DNA from: Pseudomonadota bacterium
GTDB lineage: Bacteria > Pseudomonadota > Alphaproteobacteria > Sphingomonadales > SMXR01
Assembly (NCBI GenBank): GCA_022566895.1
Contig: JADFIA010000009.1
Span: 3,925 to 67,924, forward strand
Direction of reading: 5' to 3'
Length of the DNA: 64,000 nt
The translations under genes were made by a program, and so were the position numbers. Shown in pieces: positions 25,913 through 36,032 of the stretch; positions within the stretch are counted from its first letter, which is position 1, and each line of letters starts with the position of its first letter. The notes beneath the pieces were generated by a model, which was given only the letters and a program-made list of their open reading frames with translations, searched no databases and was not told the DNA's origin.

Positions 25913-27358
25913 ATGGTTCGCAAGTTTCGCCTTTTCGCCGGCTGGGTTTTGGCCCTTGGCGTCATTTTGGGATCGCCGATCGAGGCGGCGCCGGAAGGCT
26001 GCCCACAGGGTTCGTGTCGCAATGTCTGGCTCGATTTCAGCGCTTCCGAAAAGCGGCGGGTCTTGCAGTTTGCTGACGAATATAAAACGTTTCTCAGCGC
26101 CGCTCGAAGCGAATTGACGACCGTCGAGGAGGCCATAAAGCTGGCTCGGGCAAAGGGCTTTCGAGCCCTGCCGTCCGGCCACGCGCTGGCGGCCGGCGAC
26201 CGCTTTTACGACGTTAATCGGGATCGGGCGATGGTTCTGATCTTGGCCGGGCGCCGGCCGATCGCCCAAGGCGTGCGCATCATGGCCGCCCATATCGATT
26301 CTCCGCACCTCGAACTCAAGGCCCGCCCGGTCTATGAGCAGGAAACTTTCGCCCAGTTGCAAACCCGCTATCACGGAGGCATCAAGACCTATCAGTGGAC
26401 CAACATTCCGTTGGCCATGATCGGCCGGGTTGACCGCAAGGACGGCCGGACGTTGCGCATCTCGGTCGGCCTCGAAGCGGGTGAGCCGGTCCTGGTCATC
26501 CCCGACCTGTCGCCGCATGTCGATTTCGACTTGAGGGAGCGCAAGGCTCGGGAGGTGTTAATGCACGAGGAGCTCGATCCCATAGCCGGACTTTGGCCCA
26601 AGAACGCGCGCGAAAATACGGCCGCCGCGGTGATCGAGATTCTCGACCGGCAATACGGCATCAAGCCGCAGGATCTGGTCTCGGCCGAACTTGATCTGGT
26701 ACCCGCCATGGCGCCCCGGGATGCCGGTCTGGATGGCTCGATGGTGGCCGGCTACGGCCAGGACGACCGCTTGAGTGTCTTTGCGGCGCTGCGCGGAATC
26801 CTCGATTCCGACGTCCCGGAATTCACCACCCTTGTCTTTCTGGCGGATAACGAGGAATCGGGTAACAACAACAACACCGGCGCCGGCTCGACCTACCTGG
26901 TGGACCTGATCGAAAGCCTGCTTTACGGCCAGACCGGCGCCGAGTATCGATCGCCGATGTTGAAGGCGGCGCTGCGTAAAAGTCGTGCCATCTCGATGGA
27001 CGTCAGCCCGGGCGTCAACCCGATCTGGCCAAACGCTTGGGAACTCGGCAATGCGGCGCGGCTTGGTTTCGGCATTGAAATCAAGCTTTACGGCCGTGGG
27101 TTTGACGCCAATTCCGAATATATCGCCTGGACCCGGTCCTATCTCGACAAGGCGGAGATTGCCTGGCAAACCGTGACCTACAAGGTTGGGCGGGCGGCTG
27201 GCGGCACGCTCGGCAAGGAGCTGTCGCGTCACAATATCGACGTCATCGATATCGGGGTGCCGGTGCTGTCGATCCATACGCCCTTTGCGTTGAGCGCCAA
27301 GAGCGACATTTATCTGCTCTATCGCACGGTCGGCGCCTTTATCTCCGCGGGCTCCTAA
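25913..27358 (+). CDS. M18-family aminopeptidase with apparent signal peptide
   Basis: Metal-ligand motifs AHIDSP, GQDDR, DNEESG, MDV, SIHTP. Hydrophobic N-terminus. Confidence 0.88.
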   Translation: MVRKFRLFAGWVLALGVILGSPIEAAPEGCPQGSCRNVWLDFSASEKRRVLQFADEYKTFLSAARSELTTVEEAIKLARAKGFRALPSGHALAAGDRFYDVNRDRAMVLILAGRRPIAQGVRIMAAHIDSPHLELKARPVYEQETFAQLQTRYHGGIKTYQWTNIPLAMIGRVDRKDGRTLRISVGLEAGEPVLVIPDLSPHVDFDLRERKAREVLMHEELDPIAGLWPKNARENTAAAVIEILDRQYGIKPQDLVSAELDLVPAMAPRDAGLDGSMVAGYGQDDRLSVFAALRGILDSDVPEFTTLVFLADNEESGNNNNTGAGSTYLVDLIESLLYGQTGAEYRSPMLKAALRKSRAISMDVSPGVNPIWPNAWELGNAARLGFGIEIKLYGRGFDANSEYIAWTRSYLDKAEIAWQTVTYKVGRAAGGTLGKELSRHNIDVIDIGVPVLSIHTPFALSAKSDIYLLYRTVGAFISAGS

Positions 27359-27387
27359 TTCCTTGGTCCTGACGGGGGAGTAAGTTG

Positions 27388-27825
27388 ATGACGATGCGGC
27401 CCTTTCATCTGGCCTTTCAGGTCACCTCGCTAGAGGCGGCAGAGGACTTTTATGCCGGGACGCTGGGCTGTCCGAAAGGGCGCCGCAGCAGCCGCTGGAT
27501 CGATTTCGATTTTTTTGGTCACCAAATTACGGCCCATTTGGTAGCCGCCCTTGAACCGCCGGCGAGCAACGAGGTCGATGGCGACAAGGTGCCGAGCCGT
27601 CATTTCGGGGTTATCCTGCCTTGGCAGGAATGGCAGGGCCTGGCCGAGCGGCTGGAGGGCGCCAGCCTGGATTTCACCCTCGGGCCGAAGGTGCGATTTG
27701 AAGGCCAGCCGGGCCAGCAGGGCACATTTTTTATTAGCGATCCCTCGGGCAATCAGCTTGAGTTCAAGAGCTTTAAGGATCCGGCAATGATCTTCGCTTC
27801 GGGAACCGATCATGATTTCACTTGA
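27388..27825 (+). CDS. VOC/glyoxalase family protein
   Basis: [38 protein letters not shown]. Confidence 0.9.
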   Translation: MTMRPFHLAFQVTSLEAAEDFYAGTLGCPKGRRSSRWIDFDFFGHQITAHLVAALEPPASNEVDGDKVPSRHFGVILPWQEWQGLAERLEGASLDFTLGPKVRFEGQPGQQGTFFISDPSGNQLEFKSFKDPAMIFASGTDHDFT

Positions 27826-28570
27826 AGGGCAAAACATCCTTGTCACCGGCGCTTCGCGTGGCATCGGCGCGGCGATTGCCGGGCACATCCTGGAAGCGGG
27901 GGGCTCGGTGGCAGGGCATTATAACTCGGCCTTGGGCTGCCTCAGCGAGCTAATCGACCAGTACGGGGCCGATCGTTGCCGGGCCTTGCCGGCGGACTTC
28001 AGGGAGCCGGGCGCCATCGATGCCTGTTTTGCCGCCGCCGCCGAGTGGTCCGGCGGTCTGGACGGGCTGGTGAACAACGCCGCGATTATCGATACCGTGA
28101 GCATCGACGACCCGATCGAGGACTGGCGCCGGGCCTGGGCCCGGACCATGGCCGTCAATTCGCAGGCCGTAGCCGACCTGTGTCGCCACGCGCTGCTTCA
28201 TTTCCGGCCCCGCGACGGCGGCATGATCGTCAATATCTCAAGCCGCGCCGCCTTTCGCGGCGATGCGCCGGATTCGATGCATTACGCGGCCTCGAAGGCG
28301 GCCGTGGTGGCGCTGACCCGCTCGATCGCCAAGGGGTACGCCAAGGACGGGATCTGTGCCTATGTGATCGCGCCGGGCTGGATCGAGACGGCGCGCGTCA
28401 TGCCGAAGCTGGAAGCGCCGGGAAACGAGGCCATGATCGGTGAAATTCCGATGGGCGCCCCGGCGCCGCCCGGTGAAGTCGCCAACCTGGTGGTTTTTTT
28501 GCTGAGTGGAGCGGCTAAACACGCCACCGGAGCCACTTTCGACATAAACGGGGCCTCCTATTTCCACTAG
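27812..28570 (+). CDS. Short-chain dehydrogenase/reductase
   Basis: [19 protein letters not shown]. Confidence 0.92.
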   Translation: MISLEGQNILVTGASRGIGAAIAGHILEAGGSVAGHYNSALGCLSELIDQYGADRCRALPADFREPGAIDACFAAAAEWSGGLDGLVNNAAIIDTVSIDDPIEDWRRAWARTMAVNSQAVADLCRHALLHFRPRDGGMIVNISSRAAFRGDAPDSMHYAASKAAVVALTRSIAKGYAKDGICAYVIAPGWIETARVMPKLEAPGNEAMIGEIPMGAPAPPGEVANLVVFLLSGAAKHATGATFDINGASYFH

Positions 28571-28724
28571 CGCCGGGGACCAGCCAGCCGGCCGCGCCGC
28601 CGCCATCGATCTGCGTTCATGTCCGGTTAAGCATGAATTTCATAGACTTGTTGCACAAATTGCCGCAACGACCGCAGTTGTATGGGGTAAGGTTTTGTCG
28701 GTAATTGGACGAGAGGACACGACG

Positions 28725-29378
28725 ATGAAGGCCAAATTTCTGCCAGTTTTAGGGATCGCTCTGGCCGGCTTCCTGTTCTCGGCTGCCGGGTCTGCCGAGG
28801 CGGTTGAGGTGGATATCAGGTTCAGCAAATATCTGACCAAAGTCATGCCCAGGATCAATGTGGTCGAGCGCCAGCGCGAAGAATATTTCCGGCGCTACCG
28901 GCTGACCCGCCGACACACCCGGGGACTTTCATTCGCCCGCTGGCCGGCCGTGCAATGGGCCAACGAGGTGCTGATCCCCGATCTCAACGACTTTTCGGTG
29001 GAAGCCCTAACCCGCGGCTTCGTCACAGCCAGTCTGGAGCGGGCTGGTGTGGACGGCGTCGAGAGGATCGCCATCGTGTTGGATCTCCTGCGCGTGGAGG
29101 ACCACCCAGTGGCCATAATTTCCGGGCGCAATTCGGTGGCGACCGGCACCATCACAGCGTATGACGCGGCTGGCAAAGTAATCGGGACGGCCGATGTCAC
29201 CGCCAGCCTGATTACCAATTTCATAGCCGCGCCAAGATATAACGGAACCGATTTCGCATTTCCGGATACCTCCAGGCGGCTGCGGGTCGGTCCAACACTT
29301 GCCAATTTCGTGTACAAGGGCTTGGGAAAGATCTTCCCGGGCCGGGAATTTGCCAGAACCGTATTGATTACCTATTAG
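28725..29378 (+). CDS. Hypothetical secreted protein
   Basis: GAGG RBS; signal peptide ending AEA; followed by a terminator. Confidence 0.7.
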   Translation: MKAKFLPVLGIALAGFLFSAAGSAEAVEVDIRFSKYLTKVMPRINVVERQREEYFRRYRLTRRHTRGLSFARWPAVQWANEVLIPDLNDFSVEALTRGFVTASLERAGVDGVERIAIVLDLLRVEDHPVAIISGRNSVATGTITAYDAAGKVIGTADVTASLITNFIAAPRYNGTDFAFPDTSRRLRVGPTLANFVYKGLGKIFPGREFARTVLITY

Positions 29379-29422
29379 CTGGGTTGCGTATTCGAGCGTA
29401 ATGGGAGCTCATATCTGGCAAT

Positions 29423-29449
29423 AAAGGGGGCGTCGGGGCGCCCCCTTTT
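29423..29449. terminator. Bidirectional intrinsic terminator
   Basis: AAAGGGGGCG...CGCCCCCTTTT hairpin between convergent genes. Confidence 0.8.
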
Positions 29450-29475
29450 CCTTTGCGGCAATAAATCCCGCCCTG

Positions 29476-29841
29476 TTAATGACTTTCGGGGAAGCCCGAA
29501 ATGCGGGCGCTGAACTGGCGCTTGAATTCCTTGCAGCCGCTGTCGGGCTCGATGGCGCTGGCGTGATTTTTCTCATTTGAAAAGGTGATCTTGGCGACCA
29601 CGAGGTCAACGTCATCGTAGGCCGACAGGGCGATCTCGGCCTGCACCCGGTCGACATAAATCTCCTGCTTGTCTTCGTCGATTAGGCAAAAGATCGCCGC
29701 CCCGGCAACCGCCCCGGCTTGGCGGGCTAAGGCAGTCGCTGGACTTGGCGTGGCGGACGCCTGGGCGGCAGCCATGGCGGCCACAAAAAGGCCCGCCAGA
29801 CCCACAAAAACAATGCCGGGGAACAATCGATCAAACTTCAT
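29476..29841 (-). CDS. Small hypothetical secreted protein with a Cys pair
   Basis: MKFDRLFPG plus a hydrophobic signal; motifs AGAAIFC and GCKEF. Confidence 0.65.
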   Translation of the reverse strand: MKFDRLFPGIVFVGLAGLFVAAMAAAQASATPSPATALARQAGAVAGAAIFCLIDEDKQEIYVDRVQAEIALSAYDDVDLVVAKITFSNEKNHASAIEPDSGCKEFKRQFSARISGFPESH

Positions 29842-30021
29842 TTCGCCTACTTTGCGGTCTTGATTCAGCCCTGCGAAGCTTAGCTCCCCATCAGTCTTGG
29901 GGCAAGTCACAAGGCGGCCGGATGGTTGTGTAATGCGGCTCTGGTGTCGAGCCATGGATTAGCTTTCACTTGAAAAGTCCCTATCGACACGGTCCAATAC
30001 CGCGCAGCAAGTGGATGCGTG

Positions 30022-32259
30022 ATGGTCAAGATTACCCGACGCGGATTTCTGATTTCCGGGGCGCTGGTGGGCGGCGGCCTGTTTCTCGGCATCTCCCACT
30101 ACACCAACCGCAAGCCGGTGCTAAGACCCGGGCCCGGCGAATCGGTTTTGAATGCCTGGCTCAAAATCACCGAAGACAACCGGGTGATAGCCGTGGTGCC
30201 GCAGGCGGAGATGGGGCAGGGGGTGTTTACCAGCCTGCCGATGCTGGTGGCCGAAGAGCTGGGCGCCGACTGGAGCCAGATCGAGGTGGAGGCCGCGCCG
30301 GTGGATCCCTTATACGCCAACCGGACGCTGATTACCGCCTCGATCGAGGAAAACGAGGCGCTGCCCGGGGCCCTGCGCGAGATCGGGCTGTGGGCGGCCA
30401 AAGGATTGGCCACCGTGCTCGGCATTCAGGCCACCGTCAGCAGCACCAGCATCCGCAATTTTTGGATCCCCCTGCGTCAGGTCTCGGCGGCGGCCCGCGA
30501 GATGCTGATCGCGGCGGCGGCGGAGCGCTGGTCCGTTCGACCCGGGGAATGCCACGTGGAGGCCGGATTTGTGGTCTTGAGCAGCGGCGCCGAAAAACTC
30601 AGTTTTGGTCAGCTCGCCCGCCTCGCGGCCACCCTCTCTCCGCCGTCCGATCCGCCCTTGAAGGCAGCCAAAGACCATATAATCATCGGCCGGCCGATCA
30701 GGCGGCTCGATACGCCGCACAAGGTCATGGGCCGGACCACATTCGGCATTGACGTGCGATTGCCTAATCTCGCCTTTGCCGCGATCAAGGCGTCGCCGGC
30801 CTTTGGCGGAAGGCTCGGTGGTTTCGACCCGAGCGTGGCCCTGGGCAGCCCGGGGGTGATCGATGTAGTGGCGCTCGACGATGCGCTGGCCGTGGTGGCC
30901 GAACATTACTGGCAGGCCAAAACGGCCCTCGACGCCATCCCTGTGCAATATTTGGCGCCCGAAGCGGCGGTCTCGAGCGCCCAGCTTTTTGCCGATTACC
31001 GAGCCGCCCTCGAGGATCCGGATCCTTACGAATACGAAAAAAGGGGCCAGCCGAAAAAACTGTTCGCGGCACCGCCGGCCGGCAGCCGCCAGATCGAGGC
31101 GCTCTATGAAGTGCCCTACCTGGCCCACACTTGTATGGAGCCGATGAACTGCACGGCCGATGTGCGGCAGGGTTCTTGCGAGATCTGGGCGCCGACCCAG
31201 TCGGCGACCCTGGCCCGCGATGCGGCGGCCGATCTGTTGGATTTGGACGACGATCGAATCGAGGTTCATACGACCTATTTGGGCGGCGGCTTCGGGCGCC
31301 GGGTCGAGACCGATACGGTGCGCCAGGCGGTGCAAATCTCGCAAGCGGTTGGCCGGCCGGTACAAGTGATCTGGGGCCGCGAGGAGGACGTCCAGCACGA
31401 TTTCTATCGGCCGATGGCGGTCGGCCGGCTGAGAGGCCTGATCAGCCGCGACGGCCAGGTGCTCGGCCTCGCCTCGCATACCGCCAGCCAGTCGGTGATC
31501 GGAAATTTCGTTGGCCGGATTGCGCCCTTTGCGGCGCGCTCGGAGCCCGACCCCTCGTCGGTCGATGGGCTGGCCTTTTCGCCCTATGCTTTCCCGGATT
31601 ATCTGGTCGAACACAGCCTCATGGAAACCCCGGTTCCGGTCGGCTTCTGGCGCTCGGTCGGCCATAGTTTCAATGCTTTTTTTATGGAAAGCTTTGTCGA
31701 TCAGCTGGCCGTCGAGGCGGGCCGCGATCCGTTCGATCTGCGCTACGAATTGCTGGCCAGGCGGCCGCGTTTCCTGGCGGTTCTGGACCAGCTGCGCCAA
31801 GCCAGCCATTTCGGCCACTGGAGCGGCGACGGGCGCGGCCAGGGTCTGGCCATCCACCGCTCGTTCGGCACCATCGTCGGCCAAGTGGCCGATGTGACGG
31901 TGACCGGCGACGGGGTTAGGGTCGAGCGGGTCACCTGCGTGGTGGACTGCGGCCAGGTGGTCAATCCCTCGATCCTCGAAGCGCAGATGGAAAGCGGCAT
32001 CATCTTTGGCCTGACGGCGACCTTTTTCGGCCGCATCACGCTTGAAGAGGGGGCCGTTGTCGAGAGCAATTTTCATGATTATGAAATGCTTAGGCTTGGC
32101 AACACGCCCCTGATCGTGACCCATATCATGACCTCGAGCGCGCCGCCGGGCGGGGCTGGCGAACCCTCGACGCCGCCGGCCGCCCCGGCGCTTACCAATG
32201 CCATCTTCGCCGCCTCCGGCCGCCGTATCACCCGCCTGCCCCTGGCCCGTTATTTTTGA
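30022..32259 (+). CDS. Tat-exported xanthine dehydrogenase-family molybdopterin-binding subunit (IorB-like)
   Basis: TRRGFL Tat motif; AEMGQG, MEPMNC, LGGGFGRR, FWRSVG, VDCG, GAGEP. Confidence 0.92.
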   Translation: MVKITRRGFLISGALVGGGLFLGISHYTNRKPVLRPGPGESVLNAWLKITEDNRVIAVVPQAEMGQGVFTSLPMLVAEELGADWSQIEVEAAPVDPLYANRTLITASIEENEALPGALREIGLWAAKGLATVLGIQATVSSTSIRNFWIPLRQVSAAAREMLIAAAAERWSVRPGECHVEAGFVVLSSGAEKLSFGQLARLAATLSPPSDPPLKAAKDHIIIGRPIRRLDTPHKVMGRTTFGIDVRLPNLAFAAIKASPAFGGRLGGFDPSVALGSPGVIDVVALDDALAVVAEHYWQAKTALDAIPVQYLAPEAAVSSAQLFADYRAALEDPDPYEYEKRGQPKKLFAAPPAGSRQIEALYEVPYLAHTCMEPMNCTADVRQGSCEIWAPTQSATLARDAAADLLDLDDDRIEVHTTYLGGGFGRRVETDTVRQAVQISQAVGRPVQVIWGREEDVQHDFYRPMAVGRLRGLISRDGQVLGLASHTASQSVIGNFVGRIAPFAARSEPDPSSVDGLAFSPYAFPDYLVEHSLMETPVPVGFWRSVGHSFNAFFMESFVDQLAVEAGRDPFDLRYELLARRPRFLAVLDQLRQASHFGHWSGDGRGQGLAIHRSFGTIVGQVADVTVTGDGVRVERVTCVVDCGQVVNPSILEAQMESGIIFGLTATFFGRITLEEGAVVESNFHDYEMLRLGNTPLIVTHIMTSSAPPGGAGEPSTPPAAPALTNAIFAASGRRITRLPLARYF

Positions 32260-32470
32260 TCTTATCCAGGCCACCGCATTACATGAAGATGCACAGGGCG
32301 GCCGGGGGATCTACCGGCCGCATATATCTGCCGGCGGTTTAGCACGGCGGAAAATTAGGGATGAAATGAGGATTGACCCGAAGGGTCTTTGGCCGCCGGC
32401 GCGTAACATTTGCACGAGGGGCCAACGAAACGTTGACGACAAACCATAGGATCCTAGAGGAGGAACCCCA

Positions 32471-33394
32471 ATGAAGTTATCTGCAACAGCCCTCGGGCTA
32501 TTTATGAGCTTTTCCCTGACCACCGCCGGCATGGCGGCCGAGGCCGGGGAAAAAGAAGTGAGCACCGTAAAGGAAGTCAGCGCCGTAAAACGCGTGATCC
32601 GCATCCATTCCGACCATGATTTTCTCGAGGCCTTCGATGCCGATGGCGACGGCAAGATCTCCAAGCAAGAATTCGAAGCCGAATGGGACAGCGGCATGGA
32701 CGCTGATTTCGAGGACTTCGATACCGATAAAGACGGTTTCATCAGCGAAGACGAGTTCGAGGACGAGATCGAAGCGCGGGTTGAAAAGATTCTCAAAAGC
32801 GTCTCGGTCAGGGTCGGCCGGGTCCTTGGGCGGCTCGAGGACAGCTTCGATTTCGATTTCGATTTTGATTTCGATGGCACCGAGTTCGAAGCCGAGATCG
32901 AGGAATCCATCGAGCGGGCCATGCGCCACGCCGGACGGGGTCTGCACCGCGCCGAGCGTGGCCTGAGAGTCAGGCCTTTTAACGAAGGGGCGATGCTCGA
33001 AAAGTTTGACGAGAATGAAAATGGCGAGTTGGACCCGGAAGAGCTCGAAAAAATCCGTCAGGCCCACAAGGAGGCGGTGGAGCGCCATAAGGCGAGGATG
33101 GAAAAGCGACAGGCCAAGATGGAAAAACACCGGGCCGAGATGACAGAGCGCCATAAAGAGTTTGCCCAAAAAATGCAGGAACGCCGCGCCGAGGCCCTGG
33201 CCGAGCTCGATGCGGACGGCAACGGCAAGATCAGCCGCGAAGAGTTCAACAAGCGCTTCGACAAAAGCTTTGAAAGGCTCGACAAAGATGGCGACGGAGA
33301 GTTAAGCGAGGACGAATTGGAAGCGGCACACTGGGCCTTCGACCGCGGCCGGCACCCGCACATCTTTATCAAGACCAAAGAAAAGGGGAGTTAA
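32471..33394 (+). CDS. Secreted EF-hand calcium-binding protein
   Basis: Signal peptide; five EF-hand loops (DADGDGKISKQE, DTDKDGFISEDE, DENENGELDPEE, DADGNGKISREE, DKDGDGELSEDE); GAGGAGG RBS. Confidence 0.88.
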   Translation: MKLSATALGLFMSFSLTTAGMAAEAGEKEVSTVKEVSAVKRVIRIHSDHDFLEAFDADGDGKISKQEFEAEWDSGMDADFEDFDTDKDGFISEDEFEDEIEARVEKILKSVSVRVGRVLGRLEDSFDFDFDFDFDGTEFEAEIEESIERAMRHAGRGLHRAERGLRVRPFNEGAMLEKFDENENGELDPEELEKIRQAHKEAVERHKARMEKRQAKMEKHRAEMTERHKEFAQKMQERRAEALAELDADGNGKISREEFNKRFDKSFERLDKDGDGELSEDELEAAHWAFDRGRHPHIFIKTKEKGS

Positions 33395-33441
33395 TAACCC
33401 TCGATGAACGGGTTTCGGCGGCGGCCGGAATCGAACCCTTG

Positions 33442-33470
33442 CCGGCGGCTTTTGCCGCCGGTTTCTTTTT
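33442..33470 (+). terminator. Intrinsic terminator
   Basis: CCGGCGGC-TTTT-GCCGCCGG followed by TTTCTTTTT. Confidence 0.8.
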
Positions 33471-33551
33471 GTCCGGCCCGGCCGGGCGCCGCTTGAGATG
33501 CCGGCGCAGGAAGGCTATTCTGCCCCACCTCTGTAGGATAAGGAGTGCGCG

Positions 33552-34448
33552 ATGTTTCGCGGATCGTTCACGGCGCTGATCACGCCGTTTAAAGACGGCG
33601 CGCTCGACCGGGCGGCCTTCGAGGCTCTGGTCGCAGGGCAGATCGGTGCCGGCAGCGATGGTCTGGCCCCTTGTGGCACCACCGGCGAGGCGCCGACCCT
33701 GGATTTCGATGAGCACAGCTGGCTGGTCGAGACCACGGTCAGGCTGTGCGCCGGCAAAATACCGGTGCTCGCCGGTTGCGGCTCCAACGCGACCGCCAAA
33801 GCCGTCAGGCTTGCCCAGCACGCGGCCAAGGCGGGTGCCGACGGCGTGCTGGTAGTCACGCCCTATTACAATAAACCGACCCCCGAGGGACTCTATCGCC
33901 ATTTCAAGGCCGTGCACGACGCTGCCGGCCTGCCGCTGGTGGCCTACAATATTCCCGGCCGTTCGGCGGTCGATATGGACCTCGAGACGATGGTCCGCCT
34001 GCGCCAGGATTGCAAAAACTTCGTCGGCCTGAAGGACGCCACCGGCGATCTCAAGCGGGTCGAGGCCCAAGGCCAGGCCTTGGGCGCCGATTTCTGCCTG
34101 CTCTCGGGCGAGGATGCGACGGCGGTCGCCTTTAACGCCCTGGGCGGTCAGGGTTGTATTTCAGTGACTGCCAATGTCGCCCCCGGTCTGGTGGCCGAGA
34201 TGCAGGCCGCCTCATTGCGTGGAGACGAGAAAGCGGCGCTGGAGCTCCAGGATCGGCTGATGCCGCTTCATGAGGCGCTGTTCGTCGAGACCAGCCCCGG
34301 CCCGGTCAAATACGCGGCCAGCCTTTTGGGTCTGGCCGAGAATGAATTGCGGCTGCCACTGGTGCCGGTCGGTCGGGCCACCGAGAGGCTGGTCAAGGCC
34401 GCTCTCGAGGCAAGCGGGATCACCGCTGGCCAGGCGGCGGCGTCTTGA
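33552..34448 (+). CDS. dapA: 4-hydroxy-tetrahydrodipicolinate synthase
   Basis: TALITPF, CGTTGE, PYYNKP, YNIPGRS, GLKDA, SGED; adjacent to smpB. Confidence 0.95.
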   Translation: MFRGSFTALITPFKDGALDRAAFEALVAGQIGAGSDGLAPCGTTGEAPTLDFDEHSWLVETTVRLCAGKIPVLAGCGSNATAKAVRLAQHAAKAGADGVLVVTPYYNKPTPEGLYRHFKAVHDAAGLPLVAYNIPGRSAVDMDLETMVRLRQDCKNFVGLKDATGDLKRVEAQGQALGADFCLLSGEDATAVAFNALGGQGCISVTANVAPGLVAEMQAASLRGDEKAALELQDRLMPLHEALFVETSPGPVKYAASLLGLAENELRLPLVPVGRATERLVKAALEASGITAGQAAAS

Positions 34449-34930
34449 GCCGCCGCGGCAAAAAATCGCCGGGCCGCAAGGCCGTGCGCCTGGCCGAGAA
34501 TCGTCAGGCCCGTTTCCAATACCAACTGCTCGAAAAGTTCGAGGCCGGGATCCAGCTGCTGGGCACCGAGGTCAAGTCCCTGCGCGAGGGCGGGGCCAAT
34601 ATCGCCGAGGCCTACGCCGAGGTGCGCAACGGCGAGATGTGGTTGGTCAACGCCCATATCGCCGAGTTCAGCCACGGCAACCGGGCCAATCACCAGCCGC
34701 GCCGGCCCCGAAAGCTGCTCATGCAGCGCCGTCAGATCGACCGGCTCGGCTCGGCGGTGCGGCTTAAAGGCCTGACCATCGTGCCCCTGGCGCTTTATTT
34801 TGATCCCCGGGGCCGGGCCAAGCTCGAGATCGCCCTGGGGCGCGGCAAAAAGCTCCACGACAAAAGGGCGACCGAAAAGGCCCGCGACTGGCTGCGCCAG
34901 AAGGCCCGCCTGCTGCGTGACAGGGGCTGA
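34445..34930 (+). CDS. smpB: SsrA-binding protein
   Basis: [37 protein letters not shown]. Confidence 0.97.
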   Translation: MSRRGKKSPGRKAVRLAENRQARFQYQLLEKFEAGIQLLGTEVKSLREGGANIAEAYAEVRNGEMWLVNAHIAEFSHGNRANHQPRRPRKLLMQRRQIDRLGSAVRLKGLTIVPLALYFDPRGRAKLEIALGRGKKLHDKRATEKARDWLRQKARLLRDRG

Positions 34931-34934
34931 GGCA

Positions 34935-35601
34935 TCAACCAAGCCTGAAGAGTTTCAGGGATATTGATAAAAGCTTCGAGCGGAACTTCAGAACGTTGGG
35001 ATGGTCCTTCTCCCAGTGGCCCAAGGTGGTGATGAAGCGGCAGATCTGCTGGCGGACCTGGTGGCGCTCGGCCAGGGTCCCCGAGAGCTCGCCGTCGATC
35101 GCGAGCTCGGTGGCGAAACGGCCGTCGCCCGTCACCCAGTCGGTCTTGCGCTTCAGGCAAATATTAAAGTTGGGACCGAGGGAGCGGTAGCCCCGGGCGA
35201 GAGCATTGCGCTCCTTGGCCGGGAAGGGGGCCTTGACCTTGGTCTCGTCGGCCAGGCGATACGACTCGCGGCCCGGGTTCGAAGGCCCCTTCACGGCGGC
35301 GCTGGTGCCCTGGACGCTGGCTGCGGTGCGCAGCTCCCGCGGGCGCCACCTTGGTCAGGGCGTTCAGGGTCTGGATCGTCGGTTCCAATTTGCCGGTGGG
35401 TTTTTGGCCCATATGCTCCTGCAGGCAGATGATGGCCGGCTCCATCTCCCGGGTGTAGCGGCCGTCGGGTTTTTTGCTCCAGATGGGCTTGAGGCCAAAC
35501 CTGGTTCTGACCTTTATGGCCCCCATGAGCCTTTGCACCAGGGCCACATCGTGTTTCTTGTTGGGGCCCATCTTGCCTACCGAGCCCGTTAGTTTCACCA
35601 T
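34935..35601 (-). pseudogene. Peptidoglycan-binding-domain protein with a probable single-base frameshift near 35340
   Basis: GGAGG RBS before ATG 35601. PG-binding-like SVGKMGPNKKHDVALVQRLM..AIICLQ. After KVAP the coding-like frame continues as RELRTAASVQGTSAAVKGPS into ORF 34935..35294. Confidence 0.6.
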
Positions 35602-35917
35602 CTTCGTCCCCTCCCAACCTTTTATCGAAAACACCAGGTAGGTACAAACGATAATCAAAAGGGTGTATTGGGTCAAGTGGAAAGCACCAGAACGGGAATA
35701 TAAAAAGCCGTAGCGTACCCGATCGGTGTTTTTCGGGCGGGCAAAGAACGGCAGCGGTCGGCGCGCCGGAGGGGGTTGGCGGGCCCCATCGAAAGAGCGT
35801 TACAAGGGTTGGTCAAAGGCAGGCGAGAGGCGCTTATCAATCCCGGCGGGGCGCCGGACAAGCGGCCGGGCCGGGCAACACTCCAAGCCGGAAAGGCGAC
35901 CAAATTATGCCGCTTGT

Positions 35918-35997
35918 TGAAAATGAGAATGAATTGCAAATAAGCCTTGCAAGTGGAAAGACTCGGTCCTAGAAAGTGCAATTAAGAATGAGTTGCA
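35918..35997. promoter_or_regulatory. Two Fur-like 21-bp boxes TG(A/C)AA-N11-TTGCA
   Basis: TGAAAATGAGAATGAATTGCA (35918-35938) and TGCAATTAAGAATGAGTTGCA (35977-35997), upstream of an iron-receptor-like gene. Confidence 0.65.
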
Positions 35998-36032
35998 AAA
36001 AGGACGGATACCGAGCGGTGTCCGTCTTTTGA

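Noticed and set aside
34931-36030. tmRNA (ssrA) gene or integrase attachment site next to smpB
   Set aside because: No tRNA-like ends, integrase or flanking direct repeat could be recognised.
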